DNA from: Caecitellus pseudoparvulus
Taxonomy: Eukaryota > Protista > Bigyra: Bicosoecida
Assembly: GCA_965644315.1 (NCBI GenBank)
Contig: CBFFRQ010000050.1
Coordinates: forward strand, 1-64,000
Direction of reading: 5' to 3'
Length of the DNA stretch: 64,000 nucleotides
The notes under the pieces are model-generated. The model was not told where the DNA came from. It made no database searches and saw only the letters and a program-made list of their open reading frames with translations. Below, in pieces: positions 55,601 to 64,000 of the stretch; position 1 is the stretch's first letter, and every line of letters begins with the position of its first letter. The position numbers were made by a program, and so were the translations under genes.

Positions 55601-56109
55601 CCACCAGTGACTTGGGGTTCGTGTCCCCGCACTCCGGGGGAGGGGGGGGGGACCTGCACGCGCCAGCGCCAGAGGGCGTGGACCCCATGACACTCGTCGC
55701 TGCGGAAGTGAAGGAGGAGGAAGAGTACGCTGCCGCACGGGCCGCTGCAGCCGCCGCGTCACCGCCCACCTCTCCCGCAGCGCCCGCTGCCCAGTCGCCC
55801 CCAGTGTCGTCTCCAGCGCTGTCCCGTCCCGCGACGCCCGCGCCCCTGTCGGAGAGTGACATACCGCCCATGCCAGAGGGCGCGACGCCGGCACTGGTGC
55901 AGCGCATCCGGTCCATGACGTGGACGGTGCTGCTGTCTATCAGAGAAGATGAGATCATGCCGACCTTCTCGGAGATCCGGCATGCTGTGCGTGCCGCTTT
56001 GAAGGTGAAGCCTGGTGTCCTGCAGGGGCACGACTGGCGGCATTGGTTTCGCGGCGTGGTGAACGATTTCACCGAGCAGCTGGATGCTGCCGCGCAGGAG
56101 CAATTCTGA
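52630..56109 (+). CDS. RI-like leucine-rich-repeat protein with coiled coil and C-terminal DEK-C-like helical domain
   Basis: LHTIVLNGNRIGNVGA, LATLHLRDCYISAEGA and LQELDVSDNMLQSRGV repeats; an Ala/Glu-rich coiled coil; a Pro-rich linker. Confidence 0.8.
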   Translation: MASSSTWTAEDSLTGQQFRRTRQSSSLTQPASGIDAMLQAVQHGGPVLAMRDRGITAAAVEVLVASSAFSGLHTIVLNGNRIGNVGARILLEGVMACGGALPLATLHLRDCYISAEGAAAMASALPSAQHLQELDVSDNMLQSRGVSALAGALPLLPSLRRLACDNTYALSEGVSALAASGASCGSLSHISCAGNHPGDVGVTAMASLVQASRSLRYLDLSSTPHPAGPWSGAPPSIAAHAAGGLPPDPSFAAHRPGGESCVQLSWGAATHSTPPSVLGSSSASISKALSRTVFAHRRGGVEPGTVTALAHAAAQAQGLQHLALRGLRLPLPTLQALLEAVAGVGDEGPPSLCSLDLAHNPQPLAEGAELGQAALQCAQRHTHLVHLDLVGDGVPGEDMDALARQLAQNAVAYARGRADADLRKQVAAAEEEVASLRSQREVAAQAQSTAQSSQQELQVTSLTLSEEVEEGGGSLAAPDPALTARLAALAKEASALRHSLPELQSAAAAAEAAQAAEEARVATLTQRVAAARAARQSMAQAVATAETEAQALRRQVQGLEEATARHRAREAAAEAAAVSLEAELLALQDAVAAGNAELHAMRVTRDALRRSTVPAAAAAEASARVAATAAATREADLRGRVAASAALAESVRHAVANERHALATAPLRLPETPAVPLTPLAPRTVLVSPAASSPPQPPTPEDESPPPGTPPASPPPPLPMPSPSPEAFPLEPEVTPGGKEGGRPSTLAEALEDLVDPAASALHVHAAVALRAGTEPAKGRVLLQPVAWPPLAGETRDGAAVDPAAQHCQLTLRGLYDVGVARQDAVLEVRFGRGAGATSPGPGSPAGVVSPFSPGSQRRCAVLASWVTSVRILRGSITSITLGLQGAPHGAPPCLRIVVSVPAVARAFLEALARHLPAAQAASLTPAAADLYLSSAEEGERTPPPSQQGSPVGQADAGEETEEEQVQCVPSSPPVLVMSPAGSESDSEGGPTSDLGFVSPHSGGGGGDLHAPAPEGVDPMTLVAAEVKEEEEYAAARAAAAAASPPTSPAAPAAQSPPVSSPALSRPATPAPLSESDIPPMPEGATPALVQRIRSMTWTVLLSIREDEIMPTFSEIRHAVRAALKVKPGVLQGHDWRHWFRGVVNDFTEQLDAAAQEQF

Positions 56110-56274
56110 GGGTGGCACCAAATCGCAATGCACCGCCGTCCTGCAGCGACTCAAGGGTGTGTACATGCTGCTTTTTCCCGTTCTAGTCCGACATCCCACC
56201 TGCCTGGCGTGCTGCCGCGCCCACGGAGTGGACACGCAACGCAAGTGAAACGCCACGACTGCGCCAGCGAAGCC

Positions 56275-57151
56275 ATGGCGTCAGCGGAGGCAACACCGTC
56301 GGGACCCACGGCAGACGTCGCTGCCCCTAGAAGTGGCAAGTCCCAGAGCGTACACGCTGTAGCCTTCGTCGGTCACTCGGTGAGCGCCAGGCCCGTGCAA
56401 GCGCCAAGCCGGCCAAGTGTGGCACCTCTCCCGGCTCGCTGCACAGGACGAATGCCTGCACTTCCAGGCCTTCTCGGACGCCGACCCAGTGGCGTGCCAG
56501 GAAGCCATAAACGCGGCAGGGGACGAAGTGCTGAAGAAGCGTGTGTGACTCGCCCCGCCCCATCGCGCATCATGGTGTGTGCACCGGCACCCCCCCGCTT
56601 GCGGCGCCCCCACCGCAGTGGGCGGCTTTGCCACCGGGACGAAAGCAAGCGCCACTGAGGGTGACTGTTTCCTGGGCGAGGTCAGCAGGCCCAGTGGCCT
56701 GGCCGTCTTCGCCTACGTCACAGCTACAGGCATCCGCATTCTGGCTGCCACGAGACAGGTGGCCGTGTCCACGCCAGGCATCACACAAGTGAGAAGCCCC
56801 CGCACGCCACACACCACAGGCCGCAGTGCGGCAGTCTACAGCCACCTACCGCACGTCGCCGCGCCCCCCCGCTCCGTGCAGTTCTTCCGCTCACTGCACT
56901 CGCTGTTCGTAGAGGCGGTGTGCAACCCCCTCGCCACCGACGGGCCCGACGACTCAGCCGGCGTCCACCTAGGCAGCCCCTGGTTCAAGGCGGCGCTGGC
57001 AGAGCGAGTGAACCAGGCCAACGTCGCACTGCAGTACAAGCCGCTGCCCACGCCGTCTGTGCCGCCCCCCCTGCCGGGCACGGGCCGCGCGCAGGGAACT
57101 CGAGTGGCACAGGCATTTGAAGCCTACGCCTCGGGGAGGTCGCAGGCGTGA
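56275..57151 (+). CDS. TRAPPC2L: TRAPP complex subunit 2-like (sedlin/longin family), multi-exon
   Basis: VHAVAFVG, DCFLGEV...VFAYVTATGIRIL and FFRSLHSLFVEAVCNPL match the sedlin-like consensus. The exons are joined by GT-AG introns. Confidence 0.75.
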
Positions 57152-57443
57152 GGGTAGTGAGCTCAGCGAGCGGCCCCTGCCCTGTGGCAAAGGTGCACTG
57201 CAGCGTGCTGCTCAGGTGTGGGCAAGCTTGCAGCCGACCCACCCACGCACAATCCACGAACACTGTACCGAAGCAGGTTCGCACCAGTAGTCAATAGCTG
57301 CAGGTTTGCCAGCATCGCTGCCGTTGGGGACCCGGAAGCCTGCCTTTGTGCCCTTCTGCACCCAGCTGCCGCTCGAGCTTCACGCGCCAGCGCAGAACCC
57401 GTCGTTGTTTGGACCTTCCCACTCCGCCCCGTTTCCATTCACC

Positions 57444-58995
57444 ATGAAGACATGGTTCCACTACATGTTGGCATTGATGATGCTTGTGACTGGTTCTGTC
57501 AACACCCTCAGTGCGTGCGGGGCCAAGCGGGGGACGCCAGCGCCGCTGCATGGGGTGTGCGGAAATTGCAACCCAGCACACGGCTGCTCCTCCCCCCACC
57601 CGTGCAGCTTTGAAGGCAGCTGATCGCGAGGAGTCCGTGGGGTCTGTGGGTGACGGGTATTCATCCAAGCCTCGTGCCTTTGCCCACCCGTTGTGAGTCC
57701 TGCCTGCCCCAAAACGCGGAGCTGCGCAGGAAACCTACTGCACTGCCCTTGCACGCTCGCTGCGCAGTGTCCAGGCCTGGTTCATGTTCATGGGGGAGGT
57801 GCTGTGTTTGATTTTCTTCAACTTTCTCATCCTGCGTGCCCGTGGGACGCCGGAGGAGAAGAAGATCAACTCGGCCAAGCCCTTCAACCGCCTCCTTCTC
57901 GCTCTCCCGGCAATGGTGAGATTCCAGGCGCGGCGGGTACCATGAGCGCCTGTTCGCACCACCAAACTGCGCGAACTCCCACCTTTGCCTTCCTCGCAGT
58001 GTGACATGACAGCCACGTCGCTGATGTATGTCGGCCTGAACTTGACCTACGCGTCAGTCTTCCAGATGCTGCGCGGTTCGGTGGTCATTTTCACTGGCAT
58101 CTTCTCCGTGCTCTTCCTGAAGCGCAAGCTGTCAGCCTTCCACTGGGTAGGTATGGCATTTGTCCTGGCTGGCACCGCTGTCGTGGGCAGCGCCTCGGTC
58201 ATCCCCGGGTGCAAGGGCAGCAACGACGCGTCGGCGCCCAACCCCACCGTGGGCAACATCATCATCGTGCTGTCCCAGATCGTCGTGGCGGTGCAGATGG
58301 TGGTGGAGGAGAAGTTCATCTCCGGCTACGACATCCCCGCCCTGCAGGTGGTGGGGTGGGAGGGCACCTGGGGCTTCCTCGTCCTGGGCCTGCTGCTCAT
58401 CCCCATGTACTACATCCCCAAGCCCGCCGTGCTGAACACCACCCACTCCAACGCCAACCACTTCGAAGACGCCATCGACGCCTTCAAACAGATCGGCAAC
58501 TCCGTCCCCCTGGCGCTGTTCCTCTTCGGAAACGTCCTCTCCATCGCCTTCTTCAACTTCTCTGGCGTGTCCGTCACCAAGCACCTCTCCGCGGCGACGC
58601 GCATGGTCCTGGACTCCCTGCGCACCGTCGTCATCTGGGCCTTCTCCCTCGCCATCGGCTGGCAGTCCTTCTGCTGGGTGGAGGTGCTGGGTTTCTTGCT
58701 CCTGCTCTTCGGGTCTGTCGTCTACAACGACATCGTCCGCCTGCCCTACCTGCCCTACCCCGAGCTAGAGGCGCCCAAGGATGGCAACAAGCCCCTCCTG
58801 GACAAGACCAGTGACTCTGACGAGGAGGCTGGCCTTGGCTTGAGCGTGAACCACCCGGGGCAGGCGACAGGGGGCAGCCTGCGCATGCCCACTGACCCAG
58901 GCATGGCTGGCGCCAGCCCCTCGCCGCTCATCCCGCGCCAGGAGGCCCTCATGACGCCCAGCATGGGCAGGCAGACAGCTGTGAAGATGCGCTGA
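57444..58995 (+). CDS. SLC35F6: SLC35F6-like nucleotide-sugar transporter family protein, multi-exon
   Basis: MLVTGSVNTL, FMFMGEVLCL, CDMTATSLMYVGLNLTYASVFQMLRGSVVIFTG, QMVVEEKF and SIAFFNFSGVSVTKHLSAATRMVLDSLRT. Confidence 0.9.
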
Positions 58996-59185
58996 GGTGG
59001 CTCGGTCGTTAGTGCTCTTTGCTCACAGTCTGCCAGACCGGCAAGGCAGTCCCTGCAACCTCTACGAAGGGAGGCACCAGGCAATGCAAGTGCGAACAGA
59101 AATTGCAGCAAACGGATGAAAACTCGAGCACTCCAACGCTACACCTGAGGCTTCTCCTGCCCTGCTCCCGCACGCCTGCTGCGCC

Positions 59186-59827
59186 ATGGCTTTGGAGCAT
59201 GCAGCGCTGGTGCTGGGAGGCGGAGCATTGCTGGGCGCCTTGGCCGTGGGGGCGGTCCAGAAGTTCTCCAAGTCGGAGTGGGTTCGGTGGTGGGACTTTG
59301 AAGACATTGGCCTGGACAAGCACGAGGACGGCCCTGCGAAGGAGGCTCCTGCAGACAGTGCCCATGCAACGCTTATGAAACGCAAGGCTCCCCGCCAGGA
59401 GCTGGCATCCCAGGAGGACCACGCAAAGGCCGCAGCGAAGCACCAGTACGACATCATGACACAAGAACAACGGGAGAGGTCAGATGAGCTGTCCAGGCTG
59501 CTGCTTGGAACAGACAACCAAGCTGAAGTGGCAGAGAAGCTTGCTGCCTTGCGGGCGAAAGCCGAGGAGCAGGCCAAGCGGGGCCAGAGCGCGGAAGGCA
59601 TGCGCTTGAAGCATATCTTGGACATCGCCGTGTATGTGACTGCATTTGCGGTAATCCTGTATCTGCTCAGTGTGGAGTACAACGTGGACTTGGGCCGTGC
59701 CACGCGCAGTTTCCTGCCCGAGGAGACTGAGGTGCTCGAGCGCATGGGCGCTCGCTTGGCAATCCTGCGAGCGAGTCTGCGGCAGCTGTTCCAGGGTCTT
59801 GGCATGGCGGGCGCCGACCCCTCCTGA
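59186..59827 (+). CDS. Hypothetical membrane protein (two hydrophobic segments)
   Basis: 213-aa ORF in GCCATGG context with host-like codon usage. Confidence 0.65.
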   Translation: MALEHAALVLGGGALLGALAVGAVQKFSKSEWVRWWDFEDIGLDKHEDGPAKEAPADSAHATLMKRKAPRQELASQEDHAKAAAKHQYDIMTQEQRERSDELSRLLLGTDNQAEVAEKLAALRAKAEEQAKRGQSAEGMRLKHILDIAVYVTAFAVILYLLSVEYNVDLGRATRSFLPEETEVLERMGARLAILRASLRQLFQGLGMAGADPS

Positions 59828-60014
59828 GTGAGGGTTCGTCCGTGCATTGCAATGAAGTCTGTTCACATTGGCAAGCTGGAGCGGGTCAATCCGTATCCAT
59901 GCCTAATCATGGCGGCCAGCTCCCTGGAAGCCCCCAAAGCAGCGGGCCATGTAGCTGCGCCCCTCAAGGCTCACTGCCGCACCCCGCCTCGGCTTCAACT
60001 TGCGCTGTGTGCCC

Positions 60015-60357
60015 TTACTTGTCCTTCTTGCTTTCGCCGCCTTCGTCCATGCCTGCTTCTCCAGCTCGCTGCGCTAGAACGCCTTGTCTCCACCTCAAGT
60101 ACAGCGACCAAACCAGGAAAGGAATGCAGGGACTCAGAACGATCCAGTAGCTGCGCGGCACGAGGCGCTGGGCCGTGGTTGCCGCGGGTAGTGGCAGGGG
60201 CCACCGATTTCCGCACTCACCCATCCACAGTGCCTGGGAACTGCTTCTCAGCGATGAAGAGCCCACCGCAAATCAGCGAGAAAAGCAAATGAGCCACACA
60301 GATAACTGTGTAGTTGATCTCTTCGCTCGGTTCGAACCAAGCCACGACTGCCTGCAT
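60015..60357 (-). CDS. Small two-TM protein (about 90 aa) ending in the dilysine motif KKDK; intron 60151-60220
   Basis: MQAVVAWFEPSEEINYTVICVAHLLFSLICGGLFIAEKQFPGTVDG|YWIVLSPCIPFLVWSLYLRWRQ...SKKDK is joined by an in-frame GTGAGT...GCAG 70-bp intron. Confidence 0.65.
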
Positions 60358-60478
60358 GGTTGCGCGCTGTCCAGCAAGCTGGTCCTCCTGCCACCTGGTC
60401 CAGCACGCGAATCGTTTCGAAGGGGTGCGTGCAAGGCCCATAAGCACATCAAGCGGCGGCGCGGTGGGCGAAAATTGA

Positions 60479-63378
60479 CTACATTGCCGCAGTGCTGCTG
60501 CCCTGGAAAGGCGCACCGTGGTAGCCACTGGCTGCCGGCGGCACCTGCTGTGCCTGCTGCTGTGCCCGCAGCTGCATGATGGCGACGAGAGACTCCTCGC
60601 CGAACTGCCGCGCCTGCGCCAGCGTGTAGTTCGCGACGTGGCTGACAGTGCCGCTTGCAGTCTGCTGGAAGATGGCCACGGTGTTGGGGTGGGAGGGGTA
60701 AATCAGGGGTGTGAAGCCACGAGCGTGGAAGCCTTGCGCGGCGTTCGGGCCCAGGGCCTGCAGCGCCGCAGCCATGGCCGCCCGCTGGATAGCCTGTGAC
60801 GAGCCCTGCGCCGAGACAGACGCGCCAGCACCAGAAGCAGAGGCACGGGCGGCTTGAGCTGAGCGCTGCGCTGCAGCCGCCCTGATCTCTGCGGCCTTCT
60901 TCTCCCGGGCAGCGCAGTCCTCAGCCGCCCGCTTGCTGGCCTGAGCGAAGTCTGGAGCGTCCAGTGCAGGCAAGCCGGGTGCAGCCTTAGGAGAGGAAGC
61001 GCTGCTGGCTTCTTGCCGAGGCAGTTCCGGCAAGAAGCCTGGGGCGGCAGTGGCCATGTGCATGGCCTTGGTGCGTGCGTCAGGTGTGGGCACGCTGGAC
61101 ACCAGCGTCTTTGCACCTGAAAAGACCTGCAGAGGGGGCAGGTCAGGCAGCCACACGGTGCCGTCCCTGGTGCCGTGGTCCATGGAAGTGTACAGGTCCC
61201 ACAGCTGTTGCACGACTGCTGCCGGGACAGCGGCGGCTTCCTTGCCGGCGCTCTCTGCTAGGCGAGGCACGATGAAGTGCTGGAACTCGGGCTGGGTCAT
61301 GCCCCGCGGAATCCAGTGCGATGCAATACACACGGCAGAAGCAGACACCTGTGGTCGGGCAGCTTGCACCAGCTCAGGCGGGAAGGTGACCTGTTGGGGA
61401 GCCTCCGACCCTTGTGGCCGGCAAGCGATGGCGAACGCCGGAACGCCTCCTGTGGCCCCCGCGCCTTCGCCTGCAGCTGCTGGTGGCTCTGCTGCATCCG
61501 TGGGGCCCACCCATGGTACTTCTGCCTCAGGCATCCCAGCCAACGCCATGAGCTGGCGCTGGAAGTGGTTGAAGCTGAACTCTGTCGGAGGCGGTGTAGG
61601 CTGGTCCTCGCCGGCGCCGCCCTCGCCCTGGTCACCCTCAGAAGCCGCATCAGGCGCTTCCTGCGCCTCATCACCAGTTTCGCCCTCTTCAGGGGCAGGG
61701 GGGCCTGCAGCCTCACTTGCCTTCTCCTCCGTGCTGCTGTCTGAAGCCTCCTTCGGGGGCGCTGGCTGGCTCTGGGGGGGGACTGGTCGGCTGGCTTCCG
61801 GCAAGGCGCTCATGCCTTCCATGAGCGCAGCCAGCGTCGCATGGTCCACCACGGCATACTGCTCCAAGTGCCCGAGGCCCCCAGGACCGCCATCTGCGGG
61901 GGACATGTCCAGCGCCTCCAGTGGGGCGGCGTACACCTGCCCGCCAGCCTGTACATGTGCCTCCCAAACGGCAGGGTCGGGGGCCTCTGGGCCAACCATC
62001 TCCGGCGTGGAGATAGGCCCTGCCTTGGTGGTGATGCCGACGTGCTTGGCTCCCAGGGAACGACGCAGGGCCAGGCGCTTTCGCGTGTAGCGGTCACGCA
62101 GGTTCGCCACGCAGTCCATGACGTCGGGCAGGCGCTGCGACCAGGCGGGTCCAGCGTTGTGTGCCAGCCAGTGCTTGAGCTCCACCTCTGCATGGTCGTC
62201 AATGCGCCCTCGTCCAGTGAGCCAAGAGGACAGCTGCGGGTGCGCCACCCCCACTACAGCAGCCAGGTCCAGCAACTGCACCTTCTTCTCAGCCACAGTC
62301 TGCGCGACGGCCAGCTTGAAGAGGTTGTCGTCAGAGATGGCCCCGCTACCTTGCGCACCGGGAAGGTCTTGGGGCAAGGGGAGCAAGCTGTCGCTGGCGC
62401 CAATGCCGCCGCTGCCGTCTGTGCCCATGTCAGCCTCCAACGCCTCCTCCAGATCCACGTCATCCTCTTCCTCCTCTTCCTCCTCGTCAGCGTCCGACTC
62501 GCCAGCCAAGCCCCTTACGGCACCCTGAGCGTGTGGCACTGGTGCACCTGCAGCGCGCTGCATCTGCAACTGCAGCATTTGCTGCTGCTGCTTCGCTGCG
62601 AGGTCGCTCTCGTATTGCTTGATGGCGGCTGCGTTCTCGGCATCTTGGCTGAGAGCATCCACTGTTTCCCAGCTCAGCCCCGTTGCATCCTTGGGCAAGT
62701 TGCGCCAGTGAATGAAATACTGCACAGAGTTGCCAGTACTCGTCACGGTGGTGCGCTTGGACAGCACTTCGGCAACCTTCGTGTAGGCAATGTCAAAGTA
62801 GGCCTGGTTCCCGCTTCCTGGAGGCGGCTCACCATGGGGGAAGCGAGATGGGAGGCTCGCATGGAAGGCCGCCACCGCTTGTGCGTTCCTGCACGTGAAT
62901 GAGTGGGGGAGGGAGGGGTGAGTCCACGGGTGTGTGCCCAATGATGGACGGCTCAGAGCCAGCACAGGTGCCGCCGTCAGCACTGGCCAAGAGCAGTGCA
63001 AAGCCATGCACCTCCAGTGAAACACGAAAACGAGCCACTGGATCTGGCACTCTATGTCAGGTGCCATTCATGCGCAGGGGCGAGCGCACCAACGCGCCTC
63101 AGACTTGCCGGCGCCAGGCGGAGGCCGTGCAGGGTGCGGAATTGGCACAAGGCCAAGCATTCAAACAGTACGCACGAGGGGTCCTTCTCCACCAGCGCCT
63201 GGTACGACAACCACAGGACGCGCAAGTAGCTCGTGTTAACAAACTTCACCAAGTACTCGAACATCATTTCGCTGCCCGGAGGCCCAGCTAAGTGCTGGGG
63301 CAAAGAGCGCCGGCCCAGCACCACCTCAACCCGAGACAAGTTGGGCTCCATGCCAGGGAACTGAGACATGTCTTGCAA
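60479..63378 (-). CDS. Tandem (CHD-type) chromodomain protein with possible HTH, no helicase; intron 62889-63175
   Basis: Chromo 1 RVEVVLGRR...FEYLVKFVNTSYLRVLWLS. Chromo 2 YTKVAEVLSKR...QYFIHWRNLP...SWET. The two join by an in-frame GTGCGT...GCAG splice. Confidence 0.75.
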
Positions 63379-64000
63379 TCGAGGCGAATGCGTCCTTTAA
63401 CACCTTAAGTGGGCCTCGTCAACGAGGTGCAGCAACTCGCGCTGCGCAATGGAATCACGTATGTTGCTGCCTGCGGAACCTCGCTGTGGCGCTGCTGCAG
63501 ACTGCACTGCCGAGGACACAAGCGTCCTGGACAGCAGCCGACAAGACGACTGGCGTGGTGACCAGCCTGAATTATGAGAGGGTTATATATTTTTTAGTTT
63601 TTGGCCTGCGTGTGTGCAGGAAGGGCATGATTGCCGCAAGCGAGCTCAGCCCACATGAGCAGCATGCATCACGTGCACCAGCCAGTGCTCGGCTGCCCGC
63701 GGATAGCAGGGACAAAACATCAGCAGCAGAGGGGATGGGAGGCAATCTACAGCACTATTGGCAAGATCTCTGTCTTTAGCGTGCAGCTGACTGGCCTCTG
63801 CGGGTCCCCGGACTCAAGTCAGGTCAAGCTCCAAAACCTGAAGGCTCACGAGCACGCATGGCAGCCGCTAAGTAAAGAACACGAAAGGATCAGCGTAGGG
63901 CAGAAAACTACCCTTCAATGACATGGGGCACTGCAACTTTTGGCCCATGCTGGTCTTGAGCCTGCATGCGTTGCTCCACCTTGCCAATGGGCAGTTCAAA

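Noticed and set aside
63400-64000. Short ORFs at the window end
   Set aside because: They have no motifs or clear coding signal, so I left them unannotated.

Overview
This is gene-dense, GC-rich eukaryotic DNA with short GT-AG introns. A fused DHFR-TS, holocytochrome c synthase, a 3R-MYB and a division-1-type chitin synthase fit a non-opisthokont protist, possibly a heterotrophic stramenopile (inference). Bases 1-7606 form a ~7.6 kb cut-and-paste DNA transposon with imperfect TIRs and subterminal repeats. It carries a C2H2 plus Plavaka/CACTA-like (CMC) DDE transposase and a divergently transcribed, spliced orphan ORF2, and it is inserted into a secreted-protein gene. The rest is mostly housekeeping genes: ChrR-like cupin, divergent actin-related protein, PIG-P, chitin synthase, CDC27, possible SPIDR-like, FUSC/ArAE-type transporter, FAB1/PIKfyve, ARPC1, 3R-MYB, DHFR-TS, HCCS, LRR protein, TRAPPC2L, SLC35F6, and a double-chromodomain protein. 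The most striking accessory feature is an intronless gene (45476-50224). It combines a helical N-terminus and a possible degenerate kinase-like domain with 27 near-identical 114-bp ankyrin units whose variation is concentrated at predicted binding-surface positions in shuffled combinations. I propose it as a natural DARPin-like, diversifying receptor candidate. A decayed zinc-finger/TE-like locus lies at ~27.4-29.2 kb. All family assignments come from motif recognition by eye; no database searches were run.
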